Below are positions 24,595-32,000 of a stretch of 32,000 bases of DNA, piece by piece (position 1 is the first letter of the stretch; the number at the start of each line of letters is the position of its first letter). Source of the stretch: Acutalibacteraceae bacterium (GTDB lineage: Bacteria > Bacillota > Clostridia > Oscillospirales > Acutalibacteraceae); the NCBI GenBank assembly GCA_045605425.1, contig JAZUQA010000021.1:1-32000 (forward strand). Reading direction: 5' to 3'. Below the pieces are notes generated by a model. That model saw nothing but the letters and a program-made list of their open reading frames with translations. It did not search any database and was not told the DNA's origin. The position numbers and the translations under genes are program-made.

Positions 24595-25572
24595 GTGGAC
24601 AAGGACGTTTACAGAAAAGGTATATCAAGGCAGCTCAACCTCAACACGCAGGAAACACTTGCAATGATTGCGACTTACCGACCTACTCCCCGTGGGGTTG
24701 AACACGAAAGCCGTGTACCGTACGGAGAAGGCAGACTCAACTACATCAAAACCTACTGCCGCAAGGACTTGAAAGCTATCAGAAAGCCGCTGTTTTTGTA
24801 TATTCACGGCGGCGGCTGGATTTCGGGCGTTACCGCAATGCGCAACCCATATATTATGAACTGGGCTGAGCTTGGTTTTTTCACCGCCTCTGTCAGCTAT
24901 TCCTACGCACCGCAGAAAGTCTTTCCGACACAGCTAAAGGAAATATTTGCCGCAATTGATTATATTTTTGACAATGCAGAAAAATATAACATTGACACCG
25001 ACAATATTGTTATTGCGGGCGAAAGCGCAGGCGGTTATTTTATTTCCTATGTCGCCTGCTACGGCAACGACCCCGAAACGCTGAAAAAACTCGGTATTGA
25101 GTTCAGACACGCAGGCAAGCTGAAAATAAAGGCGCTCGTTTCACACAGCGGCTGTGCTGACCTGAGAAGAATATTCGACAGCAGCAAAAAGCAGTCCGAA
25201 TTTCCGTTTATCAAAATGATGACGGCAACCTTTTTCGGTATGACGGAGGCTGAATTTGCAGACTATCTGAAAGCCGAGGAAAGCCGACTTGCAATTCCTG
25301 TTATCACGCCGTCTTTTCCGCCCTCATACCTTGTGTGGTGTGTAAAGGATTTGCTGCAATACGAAAGCTTTGATATGGCTGCCGACCTTGAAAAAGCAGG
25401 TGTTGACCACGCTCTTTACAAGGGCGACAAAAAAATTGCAAAGCACGCCTGGTCAATCGTAACCCGATTCAAAGAGGGCAGGGATTGCCTTGCCGCAACA
25501 TACGACTTCATTCTGCCCTATCTGCCCGGATATTTTGAAAAAATCAGCGGCAAGTGGTTATTTAAGAGTTGA
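24595..25572 (+). CDS. Alpha/beta hydrolase, hormone-sensitive-lipase-type carboxylesterase (Abhydrolase_3-like)
   Basis: Oxyanion motif YIHGGGW and nucleophile elbow GESAGG. The GTG start is supported by GGAGG 9 nt upstream. Confidence 0.85.
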   Translation: MDKDVYRKGISRQLNLNTQETLAMIATYRPTPRGVEHESRVPYGEGRLNYIKTYCRKDLKAIRKPLFLYIHGGGWISGVTAMRNPYIMNWAELGFFTASVSYSYAPQKVFPTQLKEIFAAIDYIFDNAEKYNIDTDNIVIAGESAGGYFISYVACYGNDPETLKKLGIEFRHAGKLKIKALVSHSGCADLRRIFDSSKKQSEFPFIKMMTATFFGMTEAEFADYLKAEESRLAIPVITPSFPPSYLVWCVKDLLQYESFDMAADLEKAGVDHALYKGDKKIAKHAWSIVTRFKEGRDCLAATYDFILPYLPGYFEKISGKWLFKS

Positions 25573-25597
25573 TTAAATCTTATTTTTATAGTAAAAT
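25569..25597 (+). promoter_or_regulatory. Sigma-A-type promoter for the oxidoreductase gene
   Basis: TTGATT (25569-25574, overlapping the esterase stop), 17-nt spacer, TAAAAT (25592-25597). Confidence 0.5.
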
Positions 25598-25632
25598 ATT
25601 TAAAGTTTTTATAAATCAAAAGGAGAACTGTT

Positions 25633-26664
25633 ATGAGCAAAAAATTAGTTGTAGGCAACATCGGTATGATGTTCGGTATGGCACACGTTGAAGGCGCACT
25701 GGCTTACGACGATGCAGAAATCGCACTTATCTGCGACTGTAACGAGGAAACCCTGCGCAAGGCAGGCGAAAAGTACAATATCCCCGTTGAGAAGCAGTGC
25801 ACGGATTACCACGATATTATAAACAACAAGGATATCAACGTTGTTTCCGTTGCTATCCCTGACCAGCAGCACAAAAAGGTTGTTTCCGAGCTGCTTCGTG
25901 CAGGTAAGCACGTGCTTTGTGAAAAGCCCCTTGCGCTCACCCGTGAGGATATTGAGGAAATCGTAAAGGTTGCGGACGAATCAGGCTGCAAATTTATGGT
26001 CGGTCAGATTTGCCGCTTCACACCTTCCTTTATCAAGGCAAAGGAAATTATTGATTCAGGTCTTATCGGCGAGGTTTACTTCGTTGAAAGCGAATACGCA
26101 CACGACTATATGAAGATAGTTGAGAATGCAGACGGCACACAGCACTGGCGTGCTGACCCCAAGCGCCACGGCGTTATCGGCGGCGGCTGCCACGCTGTTG
26201 TCCTGCTTCGCTGGCTTGCAGGTGACCCCACGGAGGTTTTTGCCTACGGCACACACCTTATGCTGCCCAAGGTTGATTATGATGACGCAACCATCGCACT
26301 TATGAAATTCAGCGACAGATGTATGGGCAAGGTTTTTGTTTCCACGGGCTGCAAGCGTGACTATACAATGCGCACCGTTATCTACGGCACAAAGGGCACA
26401 ATCATCTGCGACAACACCTCACCCACAATGCAGCTTTTCGTTGCCGACGAAGAAGGTGTTGCACCCGAGAAGCCCGAAATCATCGAGCTTGAGGTCAACA
26501 ACCACAACGCCGTAAAGGAATTTGAGGTATTCGCAGATGCCATTCTCAACGGCAAGCCCATTCCCACAGACGCAAGAGAAGGCGCAAAGACTGTTGAGGT
26601 CTGCCTTGCAATTGTTGAATCAGCAGAAAAGGGCGAGAAGGTTTACCCCAATTACAACTTCTGA
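25633..26664 (+). CDS. Gfo/Idh/MocA family NAD(P)-dependent oxidoreductase
   Basis: N-terminal Rossmann-type segment and the family motif VLCEKPLALT. AAAGGAG lies upstream of the ATG. Confidence 0.85.
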   Translation: MSKKLVVGNIGMMFGMAHVEGALAYDDAEIALICDCNEETLRKAGEKYNIPVEKQCTDYHDIINNKDINVVSVAIPDQQHKKVVSELLRAGKHVLCEKPLALTREDIEEIVKVADESGCKFMVGQICRFTPSFIKAKEIIDSGLIGEVYFVESEYAHDYMKIVENADGTQHWRADPKRHGVIGGGCHAVVLLRWLAGDPTEVFAYGTHLMLPKVDYDDATIALMKFSDRCMGKVFVSTGCKRDYTMRTVIYGTKGTIICDNTSPTMQLFVADEEGVAPEKPEIIELEVNNHNAVKEFEVFADAILNGKPIPTDAREGAKTVEVCLAIVESAEKGEKVYPNYNF

Positions 26665-26813
26665 TTTTTGCATTTTTTACATATTTTGCGGTTTTAGAAG
26701 CTCAAATTTTTAATATTGAAATATCGGTTTTTTTATTGAAAACTATATACATATTAAAAAAATTGTGCTAAATTATTTATGTTAATTTTATTGAGCACAA
26801 GGGAGTGTTTACA

Positions 26814-27497
26814 ATGACAAAAATTTATGAAGGCAAGACAAAGGACGTTTACAGCCTTGAAAACGGCAACGTAATGCTCAAGTTCAAGGACGACTGCACA
26901 GGCAAGGACGGCGTTTTCGATCCGGGCGAGAACACAGTCGGTCTTACAATCGAGGGCATCGGCAAGGCTAACCTCAAGTCCTCTATTCACTATTTCGAGC
27001 TTCTCAAGCAAGCAGGCATCAAGACCCACTACGTAAGCGCAAACATTGACGAGGCTACAATGGAGGTTCTTCCCGCAAAGGTATTCGGCCACGGTCTTGA
27101 GGTTATCTGCCGCCTTGTTGCTACAGGCAGCTTTATCCGCAGATACGGCGATTACATTGCAGACGGCACACCTCTTGTCGGCGGCTATGTTGAGTGCACC
27201 TTCAAGGACGACGCTAAGGGCGACCCGCTTGTTACAGGCGAAGGCCTTGCAGCACTCGGTGTTATGACTCCCGCTATGTTCGACAGCCTTAAGGAGCAGA
27301 CACTCAAGATTACAAAGATTGTTGCTGACGACCTTAAGTCCATCGGTCTCGACCTCTGGGACATCAAGTTCGAGTTCGGCTACAACAACGACGAGGTTAT
27401 CCTCATTGACGAAATCGCTTCCGGTAATATGAGAGTTTACAAGGACGGCGTTATCGTTGACCCCGTTGAGCTTACAAAGTACATCAACGAAAGATAA
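26814..27497 (+). CDS. purC: Phosphoribosylaminoimidazole-succinocarboxamide synthase (SAICAR synthetase)
   Basis: [10 protein letters not shown], the P-loop-like region, and [13 protein letters not shown] chose the ATG at 26814 (AAGGGAG 8 nt upstream) over the GTG at 26805. Confidence 0.9.
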   Translation: MTKIYEGKTKDVYSLENGNVMLKFKDDCTGKDGVFDPGENTVGLTIEGIGKANLKSSIHYFELLKQAGIKTHYVSANIDEATMEVLPAKVFGHGLEVICRLVATGSFIRRYGDYIADGTPLVGGYVECTFKDDAKGDPLVTGEGLAALGVMTPAMFDSLKEQTLKITKIVADDLKSIGLDLWDIKFEFGYNNDEVILIDEIASGNMRVYKDGVIVDPVELTKYINER

Positions 27498-27513
27498 GCC
27501 AATAAAAAATTCA

Positions 27514-27559
27514 CACGGCAGCTTCACAAAAGATGAAGCCGCCGTGTTTTTTGTTTTTA
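27514..27559 (+). terminator. Rho-independent terminator after purC
   Basis: Stem cacggcagcttca (27514-27526) / tgaagccgccgtg (27534-27546) with 1 mismatch, followed by ttttttgttttta. Confidence 0.7.
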
Positions 27560-27560
27560 T

Positions 27561-28808
27561 TTAGCTGTTGAAAATATAGTCGCAGATACGCTTTGTTGAG
27601 TTGCCGTCACAGGCTGACATAAAGTCGTTTTTGAAGTTAATTACCCTTTGCTTGTCAAAGCCGGTTTCAAGGCGCTTTACTTCGTTTATGATGCCCTCGG
27701 TATCTTCTACAATTTCGCCGGGAACAAAGCTTCTGTAATCGAAATAGAAGCTGCGGTCGTTCTCGTACTTTTCAAGGTCGTAAGCGTAGAACATCATCGG
27801 ACGTTCAAGCAGTGAATACTCGAAGATAAGTGAGGAATAGTCGGAAATAACAATATCAGCCGCACACAGCGCCGTGTCAATATTTGCCGAATGTGAAACG
27901 TCATAGAGGAAGCCGCTGTATTTTTCCTGCTGTTCCTCGGTGAGCTTGAATGCCTTTGCGGTGAGCGGATGAAGCTTCATAACAAAGGCGTAATCCTCGT
28001 GAAGATTGTCATAGAGCGCATCAAGGTTAAGGGTGTTACGCATATAGGAATTTCTTAAGCTATTGCCACGGAAGGTGGGAGCGTAAAGGATAACCTTCTT
28101 GCCCTCAATACCGGGACAGAGCTGGTTGAGAGTGTCTCTTCCGCTTTTTACAAAGTCGGGGTCAAAATAAACATCCGTTCTCGGTGTGCCCAGCGGCTTT
28201 ACCGTTTTTTCGTCGCAGTTAAAGGCTTCGGCATAGGCAAAGCTGACCTTGGGCGAAGAAACGCAGACATTTGTGTATGTATTATGCACGGGGAATTTAT
28301 CGAGTGAACTCTTGTTTGCACCCCATTTTTTATCTACCGTAGAGTAGCCCCACATTTTGAAAGCACCGCAGGCGTGCCAGAGCTGGACAATATCCTGACC
28401 CTCACGGGGCTTGTTGGCAAAAGCGGGGAAATAATAGTCTACAAGGAAAAGTGCACGGCAGTTGCCGAACTCCTTGAAGAAGAACTCGCAGTCGATAAAC
28501 TTGGCAAGCTCGTTGAGAATCTTGTTCTTGTAGCGGTTGTCGCCCTCTCCCCTGTTGACTGTAACACAGTTGTAGCCTCTGCCCTCAAGCTCCTCTTTAA
28601 TGCACCTGAGGTTGTCGGGAAGGGTTTTATAAAGGCTGGAATACGCAAGAACGACCTTTTTTTCGTCAATAGGCTGTTTTGAGTATTTCTTATAATAGTG
28701 AGGCCACAGGTGATAGTACCAGAAGCTTCTTCTGATGTCGCCGAGCCTTTTCATAAACTTACGCTTGAAAAGTCTTAAGATATTTTTTACAGCAGTCATT
28801 TTACTCAA
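27561..28808 (-). CDS. CDP-glycerol glycerophosphotransferase family protein (TagB/TagF-like teichoic-acid-type polymer synthesis)
   Basis: Family blocks ILYAPTFRG, KLHP, VISDYSSLIFEYSLLERPMMFYAYDLEKYENDRSFYFDY. The start is uncertain: TTG 28808 (11 nt after AAGGAG) or ATG 28799. The ORF-track start at 28883 lies upstream of the predicted promoter. Confidence 0.8.
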   Translation of the reverse strand: MSKMTAVKNILRLFKRKFMKRLGDIRRSFWYYHLWPHYYKKYSKQPIDEKKVVLAYSSLYKTLPDNLRCIKEELEGRGYNCVTVNRGEGDNRYKNKILNELAKFIDCEFFFKEFGNCRALFLVDYYFPAFANKPREGQDIVQLWHACGAFKMWGYSTVDKKWGANKSSLDKFPVHNTYTNVCVSSPKVSFAYAEAFNCDEKTVKPLGTPRTDVYFDPDFVKSGRDTLNQLCPGIEGKKVILYAPTFRGNSLRNSYMRNTLNLDALYDNLHEDYAFVMKLHPLTAKAFKLTEEQQEKYSGFLYDVSHSANIDTALCAADIVISDYSSLIFEYSLLERPMMFYAYDLEKYENDRSFYFDYRSFVPGEIVEDTEGIINEVKRLETGFDKQRVINFKNDFMSACDGNSTKRICDYIFNS

Positions 28809-28838
28809 GGTAAATTCAACTCCTTTTTTCAAGAGGAT

Positions 28839-28867
28839 ATTATATACTATAATGTAATAAATTGCAA
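28839..28867 (-). promoter_or_regulatory. Sigma-A-type promoter for the TagF-like gene
   Basis: On the minus strand: TTGCAA (28867-28862), 17-nt spacer, TATAAT (28844-28839). Confidence 0.55.
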
Positions 28868-28912
28868 GTGTAATTAAGAACAAAGCACTTGCGTGATTAA
28901 TACCGGGGTGCT

Positions 28913-28956
28913 CCTGAAAAATGAAAAAGAGACTATCGGGAAAACCGACAGTCTCT
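28913..28956 (-). terminator. Rho-independent terminator of rpmB
   Basis: On the minus strand, agagacugucgg/ccgauagucucu forms a 12-bp stem with one mismatch (plus 28928-28939 and 28945-28956), followed by a U-rich tail uuuuucauuuuu. Confidence 0.65.
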
Positions 28957-28973
28957 AAATCAACAAAATTGCG

Positions 28974-29162
28974 TCAGATAGCGCGGGTAACCTTTCCTGA
29001 ACGAAGGCAACGGGTGCAAGCATAAACTCTCTTGGGAGAGCCGTTTACAACAGCCTTAACACGCTTGATGTTGGACTTCCATGTTCTGTTGGAACGTCTG
29101 TGGGAGTGGGAAACCTGAATACCGAAAGCAACGCCCTTACCGCAGAATTCACATTTTGCCAT
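28974..29162 (-). CDS. rpmB: 50S ribosomal protein L28
   Basis: MAKCEFCGKGVAFGIQVSHSHRRSNRTWKSNIKRVKAVVNGSPKRVYACTRCLRSGKVTRAI is a full-length L28 signature. AAGGAGG lies upstream. Confidence 0.95.
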   Translation of the reverse strand: MAKCEFCGKGVAFGIQVSHSHRRSNRTWKSNIKRVKAVVNGSPKRVYACTRCLRSGKVTRAI

Positions 29163-29205
29163 TGGTGAAAACCTCCTTTTAAGCTTTTACTAAACGAACA
29201 TTAAG

Positions 29206-29234
29206 TATTTTAGCAGATTAAACACTAAAATGCA
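29206..29234 (-). promoter_or_regulatory. Sigma-A-type promoter for rpmB
   Basis: On the minus strand: TTGCAT (29234-29229), 17-nt spacer, TAAAAT (29211-29206), with an extended -10 TG. Confidence 0.55.
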
Positions 29235-29302
29235 AGAGCTTTTTTATATTTTTTCGTTTTATATAAGTTGTATTAAAAAAACAACGCTTGTTTAGGCAAA
29301 AA

Positions 29303-29623
29303 TCACATTTTTGTTACTGCTTCAAGCTGCTCACGCAGCCAGTTTATGGCCTGTGCCGTGCCCTCATCGTCAGCCGGGAAAAACTCTTCGGTGATTTTTT
29401 CCTTGTCAACAATGTCATAGGACTGCCAGCCGATGTAATACGAAGCGCTGATTTTGTTGCCGTTTTCCTCGTCCACCTTAACGGTGAGTCTGTAGCGGAA
29501 GCGGTCGTCAAAAACGCCTGTATTCTCCTTATAGGTTACGGAGCCGTACCAGATGTTGGGCTTACCCCAGATGGGCACGGCACCGAGCAAGTATTCATAA
29601 GTTATATCGGGTATAGTGTTCAT
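29303..29623 (-). CDS. Hypothetical protein (106 aa) downstream of the fucosidase gene
   Basis: GAGGAA lies upstream of the ATG at 29623, with a 13-nt gap after the GH29 stop. I recognise no family. Confidence 0.6.
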   Translation of the reverse strand: MNTIPDITYEYLLGAVPIWGKPNIWYGSVTYKENTGVFDDRFRYRLTVKVDEENGNKISASYYIGWQSYDIVDKEKITEEFFPADDEGTAQAINWLREQLEAVTKM

Positions 29624-29636
29624 AAAAGTTCCTCAA

Positions 29637-30983
29637 TTAATATGCGGCAATTGTTTCGAGCTCCGCTCTGCCTCTGGAAGCGGTGATGACAATTTTGAAT
29701 GCATCACACTCTGACTCCTGCACACAGATTTTTCTGTTGCCGACGGTTGTGTAATTCTCGTAAGAGGTTTCCCACAGACCGTCCTTTCTGCCGATTATTC
29801 TGAACGAAGCAATACGCTGACCGTTTGCAATATTCTCACGAAGCTCAAAATAGTTTATCTTCTTTACTTCACCCAGCTCAACAAGGTATTCTGACTGCGT
29901 AGGAGAAATGTGAGTGCAGGTGATTTTTGCACCCTCGCAAAGGTTCACGGCAAATGTGCTGCGGATTTTATCACCCAGCTCTTTCAGACGGGCAATATCT
30001 CTCGGGTCAAACTTACCATTTGGCATAGGCGGAATGTTAAGGTTGAAGGTTGTGTTTGCGCCGACAGAACGCAGATAGGTATTGAAAAGCCTTTCAAGTG
30101 AATGAGGCTCCTCCTCTGGGTGGTAAAACCAGCCCGGACGGATTGACATATCTATTTCGGACGGACAGAAAACAAGACCCTCGGAATACATAATGTTTTC
30201 AAGGCTGCCTATATCGCAGTCACAGTTTGAGTGGTAAGGAATACCGCCTTCAAGCAGTGCACCCTCGGTCTGCTTTTCGCAGTAGCAGCAAAGCTCGTGG
30301 GGGACAACTGCCCACTCGGAAAGCCTTGCGCTGCCGCTTTCGTTGCCGCACCAGCGCAAATCGGGACCGTCATCCTTGAATATTGTAGCATTGGGCTGAT
30401 ACTTGCGCACAAGCTCAAAAAACGATTCAAATTCATAAACCTGCTTTTTGCCGCTGGGACCCTCGCCGCAGGCGCCGTCAAACCAGACGTGAAAAACCTC
30501 GCCGTAGTTGGTTAGCAGCTCGGTTAACTGCGCACGGTAAAGGTCATTATATTCCTCCGTGCCGTAGCAGGCAGCATTTCTGTCCCACGGGGAAAGGTAA
30601 AAGCCGAACTTTATGCCTCCCCTTCTGCACGCTTGGGCAAGCTCACGCACAATGTCGCCCTTGCCGTTTTTATAGGGACTGTTTTTGATTGAATGCTCGG
30701 TAGTAGCAGTCTGCCACAGGCAGAAGCCGTCGTGGTGCTTGGCGGTGATGACTGCACCCTTCATACCTGCGGATTTTATAGCCTCAACCCACTGGTCGCA
30801 ATCAAGCTCTGTTGGGTTGAAAATTGCAGGGTCTTCCTTGCCCGTACCCCATTCAAGACCCGTATATGTGTTGGGGCTGAAATGGATAAAGGCGTAAAAC
30901 TGTGTTTCACTCAGGCGCTCAAGCTGACGGGCAGTCGGCTTCACCTTACCCGCATTTTCAATAAATTCGTTAAAAGAAATCAT
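29637..30983 (-). CDS. GH29 alpha-L-fucosidase with a C-terminal beta-sandwich domain
   Basis: FIHFSPNTY, ITAKHHDGFCLWQT, FGFYLSPWD (nucleophile Asp context) and WFDGA. Confidence 0.9.
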   Translation of the reverse strand: MISFNEFIENAGKVKPTARQLERLSETQFYAFIHFSPNTYTGLEWGTGKEDPAIFNPTELDCDQWVEAIKSAGMKGAVITAKHHDGFCLWQTATTEHSIKNSPYKNGKGDIVRELAQACRRGGIKFGFYLSPWDRNAACYGTEEYNDLYRAQLTELLTNYGEVFHVWFDGACGEGPSGKKQVYEFESFFELVRKYQPNATIFKDDGPDLRWCGNESGSARLSEWAVVPHELCCYCEKQTEGALLEGGIPYHSNCDCDIGSLENIMYSEGLVFCPSEIDMSIRPGWFYHPEEEPHSLERLFNTYLRSVGANTTFNLNIPPMPNGKFDPRDIARLKELGDKIRSTFAVNLCEGAKITCTHISPTQSEYLVELGEVKKINYFELRENIANGQRIASFRIIGRKDGLWETSYENYTTVGNRKICVQESECDAFKIVITASRGRAELETIAAY

Positions 30984-31807
30984 TTTGTTACAGCTTCCTT
31001 CTGCTCTTTTGCAGGCTTAGCGTCAATGATCTTGTTAATGTCGAACTTGCCCTTGTGGCGGTAGGGATAAACAAGCAGGAATACATAGGCAAGGATACCG
31101 CCGATTGAGTTGCAAAGCAGATCCTCCATAGTATCCATAAGAGCCCAGCGGTAGGCAAATGTTTCTTCTGTCCAGCCCTCTGCCCAGAGGCTCTCACTTA
31201 TAACGTGAGGGATAATATGCGGATTTTCAAGGAAATCCTTGCCGTAGGTTTCGGCTGCTGCCACTGCCTCCTGGTAGCACCAGTGCTGGGCATCGGAGCC
31301 AAAGAACTGGTCAAGAACGAACTCTACGATTTCCCAGGCGTTACCCGCAATAAAGGAAACACCGAAGGCAGCAAGAGCAACAAGCGGAACGTGGTGCTTG
31401 ATTTTATCACGAATCTGCATAGCGGTGATTGCTTCATAGCCGAAGAGAGCACCTGCTATACCGCCGAATATATGGAAAATAAGGTCGTAATAACGGAACG
31501 AATAGTAAAGGTTGACGTATGCGCCGCAGAAGGATGCCATAAAGAAGCCGATAACGGAAATATCCTGAATATAGGAAGGCAGATAGTGCATAAAGTTTTT
31601 CTTGCTTGTTGCCATACAGATTTCCCAGGCGAACATACCGACAAGGTTAGCTGCCATCTGCTTTACCATCATAGGTCTGCCGCCAAGCGGAGTGAAACCG
31701 AACAGCGAATCAAGAATACCGAAAATCATAATGGCACGGAAAATCCACCACCAAACGATTTCTATCGGCTTTGCGTTAGCCTTAAGTCTTGAAATGTAGT
31801 TTTTCAT
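30980..31807 (-). CDS. Multipass membrane protein (possibly DUF2238/YjdF-like)
   Basis: There are 6-7 hydrophobic segments. The motifs YYDLIFHIFGG and NAWEIVEFVLDQ loosely recall the YjdF family. ATGA overlap with the GH29 gene, and GAGGGAGAAAG lies upstream. Confidence 0.7.
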   Translation of the reverse strand: MKNYISRLKANAKPIEIVWWWIFRAIMIFGILDSLFGFTPLGGRPMMVKQMAANLVGMFAWEICMATSKKNFMHYLPSYIQDISVIGFFMASFCGAYVNLYYSFRYYDLIFHIFGGIAGALFGYEAITAMQIRDKIKHHVPLVALAAFGVSFIAGNAWEIVEFVLDQFFGSDAQHWCYQEAVAAAETYGKDFLENPHIIPHVISESLWAEGWTEETFAYRWALMDTMEDLLCNSIGGILAYVFLLVYPYRHKGKFDINKIIDAKPAKEQKEAVTK

Positions 31808-31858
31808 AAATCTTTCTCCCTCAATTTTTAATGTTGTAATAAGCCGTACAACAATGTA

Positions 31859-31887
31859 AGTTTACCAAACAAAAGCCAAAAAGGCAA
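31859..31887 (-). promoter_or_regulatory. Candidate promoter for the membrane-protein/GH29 operon
   Basis: On the minus strand: TTGCCT (31887-31882), 17-nt spacer, TAAACT (31864-31859). Confidence 0.4.
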
Positions 31888-31928
31888 GAGTAAATTATTA
31901 TCTTAAGAAAATTGTAATAATCAGTCAT

Positions 31929-31969
31929 ATAAAAACTCCCCCGTGCCCGGTTACCCGGGCAGAGGGGAG
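31929..31969 (-). terminator. Rho-independent terminator of a minus-strand gene lying beyond the right edge
   Basis: On the minus strand, cuccccucugcccgg/ccgggcacgggggag forms a 15-bp stem with 1 mismatch and 1 G-U pair, loop guaa, followed by uuuuuauaug. One minus frame has a TAA at 31977-31979 just upstream. Confidence 0.75.
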
Positions 31970-32000
31970 AAAAACATTATGTTTTACTGCCGCAATGCAG

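Noticed and set aside
26665-26813. Purine riboswitch or T-box in the 150-nt AT-rich leader of purC
   Set aside because: I could not find the conserved purine-riboswitch junction sequences or a three-way junction. The region looks like plain AT-rich promoter DNA with one weak imperfect palindrome (tgtgctaa...ttgagcaca).
26754-27527. 257-aa minus-strand ORF covering the whole purC region
   Set aside because: It is the antisense shadow of purC. The plus-strand product has unmistakable SAICAR-synthetase motifs and a proper SD. The antisense product is low-complexity (rich in V, C, N, L and A) and has no RBS.
31977-32000. Partial minus-strand CDS ending at TAA 31977-31979
   Set aside because: Only about 7 codons are visible and two of the three frames show stops. 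The strong terminator at 31929-31969 makes a gene end here plausible, but the CDS itself cannot be supported.
1-32000. CRISPR arrays, tRNA/rRNA genes, IS elements with transposases, toxin-antitoxin pairs or known defence-system genes
   Set aside because: I scanned the intergenic regions and the ORF products. There are no regularly spaced repeat-spacer arrays, no cloverleaf-like or rRNA-like segments, and no transposase, integrase, nuclease-helicase or reverse-transcriptase ORFs.

Overview
This 32-kb window looks like chromosomal DNA from a Firmicutes/Clostridia-like organism. That assignment is an inference from gene content, AGGAGG-type Shine-Dalgarno sites and TTGACA/TATAAT-type promoters. 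Most of the window is ordinary or accessory metabolism. From left to right: two LuxR-type HTH reading frames; two paralogous lipases, one fused to an N-terminal XRE HTH and a transmembrane helix; a GH13 alpha-glucosidase; a histidine phosphatase; a membrane metallophosphoesterase; a ThDP-dependent enzyme; a DHDPS-family lyase; a DivIVA-domain protein; trmB; thiamine pyrophosphokinase; a HAD hydrolase; an ECF sigma gene with a membrane partner; a clan GH-D alpha-galactosidase-like enzyme; an esterase; a Gfo/Idh/MocA oxidoreductase; purC; a TagB/TagF-type glycerophosphotransferase; rpmB; a GH29 fucosidase; and a multipass membrane protein. The standout is a compact block of nine co-directional genes at about 10.5-17.4 kb. 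It encodes only phage DNA-packaging and head functions: small and large terminase, portal, protease/scaffold, decoration protein, major capsid protein, two connector proteins and a neck-like fusion protein. No tail, lysis, integrase, repressor or replication genes occur anywhere in the window, and the block abuts housekeeping genes on both sides. It could be a capsid-only satellite, a GTA-like domesticated module, or a clean deletion remnant. Secondary oddities are: a small-terminase frame with no canonical start codon; an in-frame TAA separating the two LuxR HTH domains; a nested inverted-repeat array upstream of the ECF sigma operon; and an AT-rich orphan gene at the left edge of the phage block. 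I saw no tRNA, rRNA or CRISPR array. All calls rest on reading the translated ORFs and the sequence by eye; no database search was run.
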